A stretch of 64,000 bases of DNA from Octopus bimaculoides (GCF_001194135.2 NC_068991.1:59813422-59877421), one strand, 5' to 3'; positions 35,246 through 49,771 are shown, counted from the stretch's first letter. Program-made: numbers and translations. The notes: generated from the sequence alone by a model not told the origin.

Positions 35246-38240
35246 ATCATCATCATTTGGTTAGGCAACTTGCTCTGACTAATAAGTCATATAGGTGTTT
35301 CGATATCTGAATGTCCATTCTGTGCTCATCATGACTACAGAGATAATAGTAGTAGTTCACTCCCTGAATTGGTTGATCCTGACTGTTGACATTTTGCTGA
35401 TTGTTCATCCACTCAGCATCTAGTGTTATTCACCATTGACTCAATAAGTTCATCTACCAAAACAGCTCACACACACACACCTTGCTGCATTCCATGATTT
35501 CAACATAACCTTGGCATGGCTGGTTACCAAGTGCCAATTCTTGCCAAGGGGCCACCTGTGATTTGGTCCCGAGCTGTTTATTCCCATATCCACAGCTGAC
35601 TTATATTTACAAGCTAATTAGCCCATAGCTGGGACCCTGATGGGTGCTGCTACTCTGGGTCAGAGTAAACCTGGGAACAACAGTGTCTTCTATAGCCCCA
35701 GGCTGGCCAAAGCATTGTGAGCGGATTTGATAGATAGAAACTGAAAGAAGCTCATTGTATATGTCTGCGTATGTATATATGTGTGTGTGTTTTTGTCTAC
35801 CTTCCCACTGCTTGACAACTGGTGTTGGTTTGTTTACATCCCTGTAACTTAATGGTTTGGCAAAAGAGACTGTTAGAATAAGTACCTATAAGTATTAGGA
35901 TCAATTTGTTTGATTAAAACCCTTCAAGGCAGTGCCCCACAGTCCAATGGCTGAAACTAGTAAAAGATAAAAAATTTCGTGGTGTGTAGTATGCATATTT
36001 ATACTTTTTACTGGCTAGTGGAAAGTATTTTGCATATGATTAGCGTATTTATATAACTAGCATAAATTGAATCAGCACAATGAGGGTTAAAATGATGATT
36101 CTCATGCGAGTCATTGTTGTTTAACCCAAGGTCAGTCCTAAATAAGCAGCTCTATGATCATAGATGTTCTAGCCTTGACTAGCCCATCTTTCTTTTTTGG
36201 ATTAGTTTCATCTATGACATTTCCTTCCATTTTATTTAAGATGATAGGGTATAATTTGAGGGAATTAAAGTTGCTACATCTAGTAGGTGTAATGATCTTG
36301 TAGAGATCCCATGTGTCATAGAGTGCAGGTAAGCACCTTGTGAACTGTGTCTACAATCTGATTTTTTTTTTTTTTCTGATTCTGATTGGAACTTTATAGC
36401 AATGAGTTGAACGGTATTTATTAGGATGGGGAAAAAATGTCAGGTTGACATTCCATTCACTCATTACATGATTGTAAAATATTTAATACTACTTGAGTCA
36501 TAATTGGGTTACAGAACAATTTTCATTTCATAAAAATATATATTGTAGCCACACAATGTGACTGAAACCAAAGCCATATAGTTGGGAAACAAATTCTCAA
36601 CTACACAGTTGTGCATACCAAAGTATATGTGTGCATGGATAGAGAAATTTAAAAGAATTCTTTGGTCCAATAGTAAAACATCTGTCATGTTGAAAGATTA
36701 TGTGGGCTTGAATCCCACAGATGGCCTTCAACTTTTTCTATTCAAAATGTTTTTTAACCTAATATTTACATGCTATTATTTATAGCTTTATCTATTTTGA
36801 GTTTCACTGTCCCAAAAAGAATTATTTCACATTCTCTTGAAGTTTATAAGTTCTTATACCTACACCATCATCATCATTGTTTAACATCTGCCTTCCATGC
36901 TGGCATAGTTTTTGTCTGTCTTGGCATGGTTTTTATGGCTGAATGTTCTTTTCTGACACCCAGCATCCTGCAGAGTGGACTTAGTGCTTTTTATATGGCA
37001 CCAGCACAAGCAAGGTCAGTTTTGGCATGGTTTTTACAACTGGATGCCCTTCCAAATGCCAACCACCTCACAACTTGAACTGGATGCTTTTTACATGGCA
37101 CCAGCACGGTCACCAAGTAACTTGCAAGACAAGGAATATATATATATATATATCTTTTATGTTATACTTGTTTCAGTCATTGGACCAAGGCCATACCGGA
37201 ACACCACCTTGAAAGGTTTAGTTAAGCAAATTGATCCTAGTACTTATTATTTCAAGTTTGTTATTTATTCTATTGGTTTCTTCTGCTGAATTGCTAAGTT
37301 ACCAGGGTGTAAACAAACCAACACCATTTGTCAAGCAGTGGTGGGGGACTAACACAGACACAAAAGCACACATACGTACATATGACAGGCTGCTTTCAGT
37401 TTTGTCTACTAAATCCACTGATAAGGCTTTGGTTGACCCGTGGCTATAGTAGAAGACACTTGCCCAAGGTGCCATGCAGTGGATGGAACTGGTCTCAGAG
37501 CCATGTGGTTGAGAAGCAAACTTCTTACTACACAGCCAAGCCATTATAGTTAGCTTTGTTGACACACTACTTTTTGGACCCTCTGATCTCACCCACTTCT
37601 ATCAAGTTGTTTTCCTGTTTTCCTTATTCTTATATGAATACATCAACACACACACACACACACACAAGGCCATTTATACAGGTTTCTTTTGACTAGGTAC
37701 ACCAGTTCTTTATTTTCTGACATCATTAATACAGACAGTTGAATGCTGAAGAATTAAATAAACTCAGATATATTAATAAACCAACCTTATTTTGAAACAT
37801 GTGTTTGTATGTATCTGTGTATGTGCGTGTGTGTGTGTGTGTATGTCTAATATTTGATTGACCTTTACTATCTTTCATCAGTTTGATATTGTTTTCTTTA
37901 TTTCCTCAGATGTTTTGTTGGTTAGTTGATCTCTGTCTGTGCATCATGCAAATAAATAAACTCTCTCACATTTCGTTTTATTTTTATGCTTATTTTTATT
38001 CGTTTAGTAAACAAACAAACCCCCNNNNNNNNNNNNNNNNNNNNNNNNNNNNNNNNNNNNNNNNNNNNNNNNNNNNNNNNNNNNNNNNNNNNNNNNNNNN
38101 NNNNNNNNNNNNNNNNNNNNNNNNNNNNNNNNNNNNNNNNNNNNNNNNNNNNNNNNNNNNNNNNNNNNNNNNNNNNNNNNNNNNNNNNNNNNNNNNNNNN
38201 NNNNNNNNNNNNNNNNNNNNNNNNNNNNNNNNNNNNNNNN

Positions 38241-38293
<53 letters not shown>

Positions 38294-40489
38294 ATATGTA
38301 TAGATGTGTATGTATGTATGTATGTAGTGTGTATGCATCATTATCACTGTCATTTAAGGTCCATTTTTACATGCTGGTATGTGTTGAATGGTTTGACAGG
38401 TTCCAGTGAACCACAGGGGCAGCATTGAGCTCCAATGTCAGCTTTGGCATGCTTTCTATGATTGGATGCCCTTCCTAATACTAACCACTTTACAGTGTGT
38501 ACTAGGTGCTTTTCTCATACCAACGGCACAAGTGAGGTTGCCAAGTAACTTCCAAGATGAGAAAAGTGCAGGAAAAGGAAAATGAAAAGCCACCCACACA
38601 TGACTAAGTGGAGGAGTAGTGTTTGAGAGTGAGGAAGTCTTGCTGTAGAGAAGATACATGGCTATCCCATATTTTATAAGGGTGAGTGGGACTAAGACAG
38701 ATTGTAATGATAGGGTGTCGGAGCAAATACCCAATGTACAAGAGGGTTATATATGCATATATATGTATTTGTAGACAGCATAGTCAATGCTTAGCAGCAT
38801 TTCATTCGTCTTTACATTCTGAGTTTAAATTCCAAGGTTGACTTTGTCTTTCACCCTTCTGGGGTTGATGAATAGGTACCAGTTATGTACTGGGGTCGAT
38901 ATAACTGACTAATTCTCACCCCAAAATTTCAGGCCTTGTGCCTTTATTAGAAAGGATTATTATTATTATTATTATTATTATCATCATCATCATCATTACT
39001 ACTACTACTACTACTACTACTATTACTATTATTATTAAGCCAGTGAGCTGGCAGAATCATTAGCATGCTGGGCAAAATGCTAAACAGTATTTTGTCTGTC
39101 TTTATGTTCTGAGTTCAAATTCTGCTGAGGTTGACTTTGTCTTTCATCCTTTCAGGGTTGATAAAATAAGTACCAGTTGAGCACTGGAGTTGATGTAAAG
39201 AACTATCCCCCTCTCCCCAAATTTCAGACCTTGTACCTGTAGTAGAAAGGATTATTATTATTCATTTTGTGCATCATATACAAGTATGTGTGTATTCATC
39301 ATTATTTTGTTTATTTTATTCAAATTTAGGAAAATTGAAGCATATCTTTGACAATTCTGGAGTGTATTGAACTTATTTTGTATGTGACTTTTGGCCCACC
39401 CTATAGATTTCATAGAGTATTTAAAGGAGTTTATTTTAAGAGTGTTCCTATTGCTCACTACTCCTGTGCATCTGCTTTGTACAAAGTCCTTTTCTGTCAA
39501 GCTGCCTGTGATCTCACTGTACCTTGTGTCCTCATGAGTACATCATATGAATTTCCTACTTGTGTATGTATGTGTATCAGATTCTATGTAAATATAAATA
39601 TGTGAATATGTACTTATTGAATAATAAGTGTGAGCTACCTTTCCATACTGTAACTACCTTTCCATACTGTAACTACCTTATGATATTTCATATTGCTTTG
39701 ATCTGTTAACTATCGTTTAACATCTGCTTTTGCATGCTTGCATGGTTTGGCCAGAGTTTACTGAGGCAGAATTTTTTTTGTGGCTTGATGTCACTCCTGT
39801 TTCAAGGTAAGGTGACATGTTTCTGCGGAATACTGGAAATGAGTGACAATGATTATGCAAGGTCACGACCAGATGATACAAGCATACATACACACATGTA
39901 TACATTTGACATGCTTCTTTCAATTTCTGTCTACCAAATTCATTCACTAGGCTCAGTGCTATAGTAGAAAACTCTTGCTCAGCGTGCCACACAGTGGAAG
40001 TGAACCTGAAACCATGCATTTTGAAAGCAAATTTTTTGGCATACCAAGTGTGCCCCTCCTTGACTTTGTTCCTTCATACCTTTCAGAAAAATAGGTATAT
40101 TTTTATGAAACTTTCCACAAATACTTTCCAGATGGTGTATATTACAATTATATTACAATTTCATATGAAAAGAAAAAACAAATATTGAAGGTTGTGCACA
40201 TACATACTGATCCACATCACATATAATCTACAAAATGAAATTTGAAATTCTGAAAAAGTTGTGATGTATGTCAGTATGTATGTGTGTGTACCCACCATTT
40301 TTTTCTCACATTAAAATCTGATATAATTCTTGATATAATTCTAATTTACACCACTCAAAAGGTATTTGTAGAAAATTTAACTTAAAATAAAACATCTCTT
40401 TTTCTGAGGAAACAAAGTTGAGGGGACACACTTGTGAAGTATACCAATTTTTTAACCATATCTGCATCTAGTTTAATATGGCAAGCAAG

Positions 40490-40800
40490 CACAGGGAAGA
40501 AATTCCAGTGGGATGTAATTTCCAAAAGGAGGCTCTGGTGAAGTATTTCAGTGTAAGATTTGAGAGGTGGGACACTTGAATTGGGTTAAAGAAAGAAGAA
40601 AGGCATGTTTAGACAGTATAGAGTTGATTTTGTGTATTAAAAATAGAGGCCATTGTGATAGCATTGGAAGAAAGAGAAAGAAAAGAGGCGGGGCACATCC
40701 TGATGATAATGTGCCAGTGTTAGTGTGGATGGGTTTAATGAGAAAGGACATGGCTGATGAATAGTTTATTAAGCTCTTAATGTTTGAAAAAGCTCATGGG
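40490..40800 (-). pseudogene. LINE (CR1/L2-group) ORF2 3' remnant
   Basis: Minus-strand frameshifted peptide resembles the FYRYY.G.CSSEL...SHPF...SF.PRT..LWN.LP C-terminal motif. Confidence 0.5.
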
Positions 40801-41051
40801 TTTAAACTCTGCTAACTTGTGTTAGAAAGAGGACATTTAATCTAGTTGTCTCAGGTATACTTAGATTGTTGATATGAAAGCTATGTAGATATGCTGGGTT
40901 AGAAAGAAGATAGGGGACAAAGTAATGAAATCTGTAATTAATCATAAAATTAAGTTTTTTGTGACTAAATTTCTATTGAAATTCACAACTTTTGTTTAAG
41001 TTAACTTTGGAAATAATGGAGAATTTAGTAAATTAACTCTGTCATTGTTAA

Positions 41052-41250
41052 CTCTTTAGCATTCAGATTACTCTGTCAAATGTAATGCTTATTTAATGAA
41101 TTATCTTGTATTTTCAAGATTTCGATGATGTATGCGTGTGTGTGTTTTAATCATATTGTAGGATAGGTGTGACAGACCAGATCTGGCCAGTTTGAAAATA
41201 AGATAGGTAGAATATTTGGGTCAGATAAGGCTGGTTTAAATTCTAATGGG
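41052..41250. mobile_element. piggyBac-type MITE with TTAA TSD
   Basis: TTAA|CTCTTTAGCATT...TTCTAATGGG|TTAA. Same family as 54560 and 57026. Confidence 0.75.
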
Positions 41251-44200
41251 TTAAGTTGCTGTCTGGAACATAATTTAGCATGGTTTTGATGGAAGGTTTC
41301 TATTTAAAACACTTTAAATCAAGAAATTTGTATCATAAGACCAAGGCGGTCTCAGCTCTTGGCTAAGGTATATTAAAATTTGATCAGTATTATATAAACC
41401 AGGTGTTAACTATCCATATCACACTGCTTGAACCATCAGCCACTTCTCCCTCAAATGACAGCTTATCTTAAAAAGAAGGGGCATATCGGATAATGTAGTT
41501 CTTGTCATTAAGACTAAAAACCTACAACGAAAAAAGCAGGGCTTTGCAACCATGTAGTTTTGGGTTCAGTTCCAGCACACAGCACCTTAGGTAATTGTCT
41601 TTTACTATAGTCCCAGGCCAACAAATGCCCTGTGTGTGAATTTGGTTGACACTCTAAACATAGCTGGTGGTGGGAAGCAAGGATCCATCTGGAAAGAAGC
41701 AGAAAAGATAGTCCAGATTTGATAACAGCAGAGAAAAAAATGTCAATGGCTTATGCTCCATAGGGATCAAAGCACTTCAGAAAGATCAAAATAAACAAAA
41801 AAACAAAAAAACACATTATTTGCAAAGCAAAGTTTTTAACCACACAGCCATGTCTGTGGTATGTGTTGAATACATAGCAAGCTGAAAACAATAGAAGAAT
41901 ATGTTTCTATTGTACTAAGAAATTTAATAGAAAGTTGTGGAAAACAAAATGGTAATTTGATTGATAAATATAGTTTCATAGTTTTAATTACTGTAGGAAA
42001 TAGCATGAGTTATATGAATGTTATTATTAGCAGAATTTATAGTAACTGAAACAAAAGGTTGGGTTGTACATTTTCTTTTTAATGATGTCTCTCAAAGTAA
42101 AGGTGTGTGTATTACAGGAGTGTCAAGGCTGGATAGTTGAGATTCACAAAATATTATTTTACTACATGTCACGTTGGCTTATCAATATTAATATCTTCTA
42201 GGTCATCAGCGATATTAATATCATCTAGGTGTAACAGCTCAAGTTTACATTCCCTTTTTGTTTAATTTATATTTCCATTCATAATTGTCACTAGTAAGCA
42301 TTCTCCTTACCCTTCCTGCTTGTTTATTGTATGCTTTCATTCACTGTCATATATTCTCTACTTTTAATGTATAGTTTACAGTCTGTGTGCTGGTGGGTAG
42401 GTATTTGGTGGTGGTAGTGTGTGTGTGTGTGTGTATTGAATATATAAAAATCTACACAGTAATGTAAAAATGCTAAGAAAAGAGGTGTCTAGAGTCTTTT
42501 AACATCTATCTGGAATTATTTCCTTTTACAAGACATCACTTTGGTGTAGTGGTTAGCTCTCCACTAAACACAGTGTTTGAGTCCTGCAGACGATGTTATG
42601 ACTTTTGAAATTTCAGACATGGCTGTGTGGTAACAAATTTGCTTCTTAATTACACAGTTTCAGGTTCACTCTCACTGCATGCCACCTTGGGTAAGTGTCT
42701 TCTGCTATGACCCTGGGCTGAACAAAGCCTTGTGAATGGATTTGATAGACAGAAACCGAAAGAAGCTCATTGTGTGTGTGTGTATGTATATATATATATA
42801 TATCATCATCATACATCCGTTTTCCATGCTGGCATGAGTTAGACACTCTGACTGGAGCTGGTAAGCTAGAGAGCTGCACCAGGCTCCAGTTTGTTTTGGC
42901 TTGGTTTCTTTGGCTCGATGCCCCTTCTAGCACCAATCACTTCACAAAGTGTACCAAGTGCTTTTTACAAGTCACCAGCATGGATGCCTTTTATGTGTCT
43001 CCAACATAGGTGCCTTTCACTGGCACTGGCTATGAGCACGATTTCACTTAACTTGATGTCTTCTCAAGCGCAGCAACTCACCAGAAGCCTCGGTCACTTG
43101 ACATTGCATATATGAGACTCGTTATCTGAAGATCACATTTCACTACCTTCTCCCATGTCTTCCTGGGCTTACCTCTTCTGCAAGTTTTCTCCGCAATTAG
43201 AGAATATATATATGTGTGAGTGTGTTGGTATCATTGACAGTATGTGATAGTTGTAAATGAACACCACTATCATAGAAGCTGTGTCTTTTGTTTTGAATAT
43301 TCATGTAAACAGGTGAGGGTAGACAGCAGGAAAAAGTACCCAGCCATAGAAAATCTACCTCGATAAATTTTGTCTGACTCATGCAAGCATGGAAATGTGG
43401 ACATTAAAAACGAGGATGACGATGATCTTGTTAACGGGTAAGAACACTCAGAAGAGGAACTTCACAGAGACATTCTTTCATGGATTAACCGAAAAATTTC
43501 AAAGTAATGTAGATGTCTTCTAAGTACCAATGGGAATGTTATGAACTGCTGAACTTGGTGTGAAGCAGATGAGAAATAAATCTGCCAGTAGATAAAACAG
43601 CAATCTGTTGTATGTTGTTATTGTTTAGACCCATGTCAGTCCTGATCAAGCAGACCTATCATCAAAGGGGTTCCAGCTACCACAGACCTTAATTTCTTAG
43701 TATTAAGGATGACTTGTTTAGTAAAGCCATCATCTGAGACAGTAGGGTGTAGTTTGAAGGAGATTTGATTACCATTTCCAGCAGCTTGAGCAGTCCCATA
43801 GAGATTTGTTCATTGACATTCCTAGCTGGACCACCTCTTAGAAATGTAATGAAACACCTTTGTGGATTTGAATTTGTGAACTTCTTTCTTGCAAGTATGC
43901 TCTGGAACCCTTTCACCACTATCTTTACTCCCTTCCAGCTGCCCTCACAACTGGGTAGCCATGTATCACCTCTACAGCAAAACACCTGTGTTCTTCTATC
44001 ATACTTTAGTCTTCAACACCTGGCATAAAGACACTTCCCCCATCTCTTGATGGAGGGTTTTTTTTTCCCTATTTTCATTCTTTACTTTATCTTGCAAGTT
44101 ACTTGGTGACTGCACAAGTCTTTGGTGTCCTGAAAAAAATCATCTAGTACACACAAAAATGGACTTTGAATGGTGATGACGATCTACTACAAGCAAGTAG

Positions 44201-45050
44201 TCTCCTTATTTACTTAGCCATTTCACCTCTACAAAATCTCAAAGACTGGAATACTTACATTCTTTGGTGAACAAATGTTAAGAAATCACATCTATCTGAA
44301 ATAAAAGAAATGAAGTATAGAGCAAGAGCGATAGTAACTAAAAGAAAAGCTTAAACAATGGTTTGAAAACAGCTAATCCCTGAGAATTTCATAAAGAAAG
44401 AAGTAGATTTATTCAACAATGGTTACTATTAACAGTATTTTACACTACCATGCTTGTTATCAGTTTGACAGTCTTGACAATTAATATTTACTATTTCTCT
44501 CCTTCTGTCTCTCCTCCCTCCCATCCCCTCTATCCCTCTTTTTCCTTGTCACACTGACACTCACAAGTTTCAAATTTACTTAACCCCTAGTTTACAGATT
44601 TTATTTGTAAGGCCTTACTGATAAGTTGATGCCCTTCTTTACTTGTCTAGTACACACACACTCATTCATATAACTTAATAACATACACATTCAAGCGCAC
44701 CAACATTTAAAAGAAACATGCTTGTATGTTTATAAATCAATTGTGCAGTCAATTAACTTATGATATACTGAGATTTTCACTTCTACATGCAATTTATAAA
44801 TGCAAGTAAAGACAGGTGTAAATGTCAAGTTTTTGGCCACATCTATTTGGCTAATTTTGTGACAATTATTAGTATTTGAGTCAAAACTCCAGTTTTTGTT
44901 TTATTTTTTTACCCCCCAGAAAAACCCTGCAACTAAGCAGAGATCACTTGTTGATCCTTTCTGTAGGGGTATTCCTAGATACTAAGATTTTATTGAATGA
45001 AAATAATGTAACATGTCCAGATGTGCATGTACCATTATTTCTACTATTAG

Positions 45051-45200
45051 TATAAGATGGTAGTTTCTTCCAATATGGTCACTGCCAACTGGCTGGAACC
45101 AGTAACAGAGAATATCAGTCTGCTTATTTGTGTTTCTCTATCTGAGCAATGGAGAGAGCAGATGTCAATTGCTCAGCAAGTGAGAAGTGTCCAGCTTTTG
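45051..45200 (+). CDS. Candidate internal exon YKMVVSSNMVTANWLEPVTENISLLICVSLSEQWREQMSIAQQVRSVQLL, product unknown
   Basis: Acceptor TTTCTACTATTAG, donor TTG|GTAGGT. 150 nt, open in phase 0-0, unique-looking sequence. Confidence 0.3.
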
Positions 45201-45239
45201 GTAGGTTATGCGACGTGTTTGCTTCGTCACTAAATGTGA

Positions 45240-45545
45240 AGGGTCATGGCTCAGTAGTTTGAGTGTCAGGATCACAGTCATGAGGTAGTGAGTTCAATTC
45301 CCGGGCTGGGTTGTATGTTGTGTTATTGAGCAAGACACTTTATTTCACATTGCTCCAGTTCATTCAGCTGTAGAAATGAGTTGTGGCGTCACTGGTGCCT
45401 AGCTGTATCAGCCTTTCCCCTTGGATAACATTGGTGAGATGGAGAGGGGAGGCTGGTCTTCCATAAACGACCTTGCCTAGATTTGTGTCTTGGAGGGTGA
45501 CTTTCTAGGAGCAATCTCATGGTCATTCATGACATTGAAGAGATC
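45240..45545 (+). mobile_element. tRNA-derived SINE, family D
   Basis: TGGCTCAGTAG A box, GTTCAATTCC B box, then TTGAGCAAGACACTTTATTTCAC. Confidence 0.8.
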
Positions 45546-45591
45546 TTTACCCTTTACATTTTTAAATGGGAGATTACCACCACTCAAATAA

Positions 45592-45650
<59 letters not shown>

Positions 45651-45713
45651 ATATATATATATACATACATACATACATACATACATACATACATACACAC
45701 ACACACATATATA

Positions 45714-46193
45714 TAGTAGTCACTCGCCATGTTGTGGTTCACCTATCATACCTTCAGTACATTGCAGATTTTTCTGGCTAATGTATGTAAATTTATGTTG
45801 TGGACTTTTCAGCTGATAGGTATTTATATTATTTTAGATTTTAATTATTTCTGTGGTAAAATAAGCATTTTCATGCCTTAAAATTAATAAGTAAAAATAC
45901 AGTACTGTATAACACATTAATTAATATATATTAAAAGAAAATATGTAGTGTACTGAAGATGAGCAAACAAAGAATCGCACATACTATAAAAGGAGAAGAC
46001 CTGGGCACTCCTAAGAGTGTGGGGCGAGTTTATAAAAGCTTAAATATATAAAAATAATAAAATAAATATATACAAATTATAAAAATAATAATTAAAAAAT
46101 GTACAAAACAGTAGTTTCTACTTCATGGATTTTCACATATTGTGAAGGGGATGGGGTTGGGACATAACACCCATGATAGTCAAGGGATTACTG
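45714..46193. mobile_element. pogo/Tigger-like non-autonomous DNA transposon
   Basis: Decayed termini TAGTAGTCACTCGCC and ATAGTCAAGGGATTACTG resemble CAGTAATCCCTCG-type TIRs. TA/TG flanks. Confidence 0.55.
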
Positions 46194-46205
46194 TGTGTGT
46201 ATGTG

Positions 46206-46284
<79 letters not shown>

Positions 46285-46290
<6 letters not shown>

Positions 46291-46865
46291 TTTATTCTTT
46301 TAGTCATTTGACTGCAGCTATGCTGGAGCACTACCTTGAATTTGTTTTCAGTTGAACAAGTCAACCCCAGGGTTTATTTTGTAGGCCTAGTACTTGTTCT
46401 ATCTGTCTCTTTTGCTGAACCGTTAAGCTATGGGGACATAAACACACCAACACCAGTCGTCAAGTGATGATGGGGGACAAACACAGACACAAAGACACAC
46501 ACACTTAAATACATACATATATATATTGTGTGATAAGAAGCTTGTTTCCCAATCACATGGTTGCAGGTTGAGTCCCACTGTATGGCACCTTGGGCAAGTA
46601 TCTTCTACTATAGCCTCGGGCCAACCAAAGCCTTGTTAGTGGATTTGGTAGACTGAAACTGAAAAAACCTGTTGTGCATTGTGTTTGTGTGTCCACCATT
46701 GCTTAACAACTGATGAGTTTATGTCCCCATAACTTAGCAGTTTGGCAAAGGAGACTGATAGAATAAGTACTAGGCTTACAAAGAATAAGTCCTGGGGTCG
46801 ATTTGATCGACTCAAGGTGGTGCTCCAGCATGGCCACAGTCAAATGACTGAAACAAGTAAAAGAG

Positions 46866-46940
<75 letters not shown>

Positions 46941-47100
46941 ACAGGCTACTTTCAGTTTCCATCTACCAAATCCACTCACAAAGCTTCGAGTGGCCTGAGG
47001 CTCTATCTAATAGAAAACTCTTGCCCAAGGTTTCATGTAGTGGGACTGATCCCAGAACTATGTGGTTGGGAAGCAAGCTTCACCACACAGCCATACCTGC
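46285..47100. mobile_element. Plus-strand family A SINE (46525-46865) nested in the central microsatellite of a minus-strand family A SINE
   Basis: Minus tail at 46285-46510, full plus copy, then minus head at 46940-47100. Confidence 0.8.
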
Positions 47101-47299
47101 ATATATATATATATGTTGTTGTTGTTTAGCCTACGACAACCTTCAATGAGCAGACCTTTGATGAAATCAAAGGCCTTTTCAGGAATAGTGTAAAATTATG
47201 TATGGTAAAATTCTTAATTTTAAATATAATTCTATTTATTTTTTAATTACTTTACTTATAGCAAATGCTTTTTTTTTGTTTTTCTTCTTCCTATGATAG

Positions 47300-47441
47300 C
47301 ATGGGTTGAAAGATTCTGCAGATTCAAATATTTGCATGAATTCTCGGATCGGGTGTTTTTGCTGTTGGATACCTTTCCCTAATTATTACCATCTAATCAT
47401 GAAGTGGGATTAATTGTTATTTTTTGGCTGCTTAAACTGAG
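47300..47441 (+). other. Candidate exon with strong splice sites and a premature stop (UTR, lncRNA or terminal/poison exon)
   Basis: T-rich acceptor ...CTTCCTATGATAG, donor GAG|GTAAGT. Phase-1 frame reads WVERFCRFKYLHEFSDRVFLLLDTFP* (TAA at 47380) and then stays open to the donor. Confidence 0.45.
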
Positions 47442-48936
47442 GTAAGTACAGCAACATATTTTGCCTCAGCTATGGTAATTGCGAACAGCAGTTGTGCACA
47501 TTAATCATTGTTACAACACTCCTGTTCCGCTACTTATATTTCTTTCAGAAAGAGACCTTTATATAATAACATTTCAGCCATCTTAATTCTTTGAACAAAA
47601 TTGCAGGCATGGTAGGCATTTGTGTTGTTGTGTGAAGGAGAAGCTTACTTCCTAACCATATGATCTTTGGTTTAGTTTCATTGTGTGGCATTTTCTACTA
47701 TAGGTCTGGACCAACCAAAGCCATGAGTGTAGATTTGCTACATGGAAACTGAAAGAAGCTCATCATATATATGCATATATGTATGTGTGTGTGTGTGTAT
47801 ACCCTTGTCTTAACATCATGTGATGGTTGTCAGCAAGCATCATTGTTATACAAGCAGTGTTGTTTGTTTCCAGTCTTCATGGAAAACATGTCTAGCTGTG
47901 AGAAATAATACTTTGCTGGGAAACAGGTGAAAGTTGGCAACAGGAAGGGCATCTGGCTGTTGAAAAATCTGCCCCAACAGATTCTGTGTGACCCATGCAA
48001 GTGCAAGCGTTGTCTTCATGTCAGCTTTACATGAAAGATATATTCACTTTCTGAAAAATGCTTTTTTTTCCACATCTTAACCCTTTCGTGATCTAATTTC
48101 AAATGAAATACACTGGATATATGTTTCAATTAATTTTGAAAATAATCAAGAATTTGGGGTAATTTAAGATTAGTAACCAAGTTCTATATTATTAAGTTGA
48201 TGTTTAGAACATAACAAATAGATTGAAAAGTTCTTAGATAAAATTAAATTGGAAGCTTTTAATTTAAATATGAGCACATTAGATGTAGATATTTGCATCT
48301 TGGAACCAAGAGTGGCCTCAAGTGGGTTGTTATCACAAATGTTAATCATCATCATCATTATTTTGCAGCAACAGTTACATTGGTATTATAATCATCATCT
48401 TCATCATTTGTTTAGCATCATCTTTTTCCCATGTTATCTTGTGTAAAATGTATCTGTTTATTTAACCCTTTTCTAATCTCTGATAAGAGACACTCATAAT
48501 TCTAGAATCTGATTTTAACATCATGTAGTTGGTATTCATCTTACAACCTACCTTTGCTTACTCCTGATTAACAAATGGTGCTACTTCCACTTGGCATGCT
48601 TCATCTATATACGTTATATGTAATTTTGTATTGTGGATTGATGTGGCTGTGTGGTACGAAGTTTGCTTCCCAGCCACTGTCTTCTTCTATATAGTCCCAG
48701 GCCAACCAAAGCCTTGTGAGTGAATTTGGTAGACAGAAACTGAGGCAACCTCACTAGTGCTAGTACCACATATAAAGCACCCAGTATACTCTGTTGAGTA
48801 GTTGGCATTAAGAAAGTCATCCAGCCATAGAAGCCATGTTGAGGAACCTGGCAGAACCCTCTGGCTTGTCTCTTCTTGTGAAACTGTTCAACCCATGCTA
48901 ACATAGAAAAGGGAACTTTAAATTATGATGACTAAT

Positions 48937-48975
<39 letters not shown>

Positions 48976-48999
48976 CACNNNNNNNNNNNNNNNNNNNNN

Positions 49000-49032
<33 letters not shown>

Positions 49033-49287
49033 TAATGTAGACAAGAATTAGGCATTTGTTTATCATTAAGTGAATGCATCTTTGTATTTCAGAGGTTAGG
49101 TAGGCATTGTTAAACAATAACTACATATTTTCTAATTTTGTCCTAAATTTCATAATCATTCTTGTATGATTAGCTGCAATATGAATAAATTATTCCAAGA
49201 ACATCTTGCTGCTATGAAGAAGAAATTTATTTATGAACTGTTGGTATTTAGTTTTATCCAATTGCTATAATTGTTCATTCATTGTAG

Positions 49288-49379
49288 TATATGTTGCGTA
49301 CATTTTCACAAAAATCTGTACAAGCCGCAAGAACGACGAGTTAATAAAACTAGAAAGAAGGAAAAGAGCATTAAGCTAA
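49288..49379 (+). CDS. Candidate terminal coding exon (x)YVAYIFTKICTSRKNDELIKLERRKRALS*
   Basis: Acceptor TTGTTCATTCATTGTAG. Local CpG retention inside a CpG-depleted domain. The peptide resembles the end of a TM helix plus a basic tail. The phase-2 frame is also open, so the frame is ambiguous. Confidence 0.35.
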
Positions 49380-49740
49380 TTAAATTTTGGGAAGGATTGC
49401 AACATCTAGCAGTTGATCCGAACTGCAGTGTGTGTGTGTGTGTGTGTGTGTGATTGCATCATTAGCTAATGAACTTGTACTTCCCCTATCTTACACTCAT
49501 TAGCATTTTTGGATCATTGATCTGTCTGCCTACTCTCCACCCCCTTCCTGCATATGGCATTTTAACCAAAGCGAAACATGGTTACCTGTCAGTGAAATCT
49601 TATAATTATAATGAACATAATTACTGTATTGCAATTTTAATGTTGGAACTCATGCTGTTAACATTCTAATATAAAAATATCATATTTACCATTTCAATGT
49701 TAAGGTGATGGATACTTAATAATAATAAATCATTTCTTTT

Positions 49741-49771
<31 letters not shown>

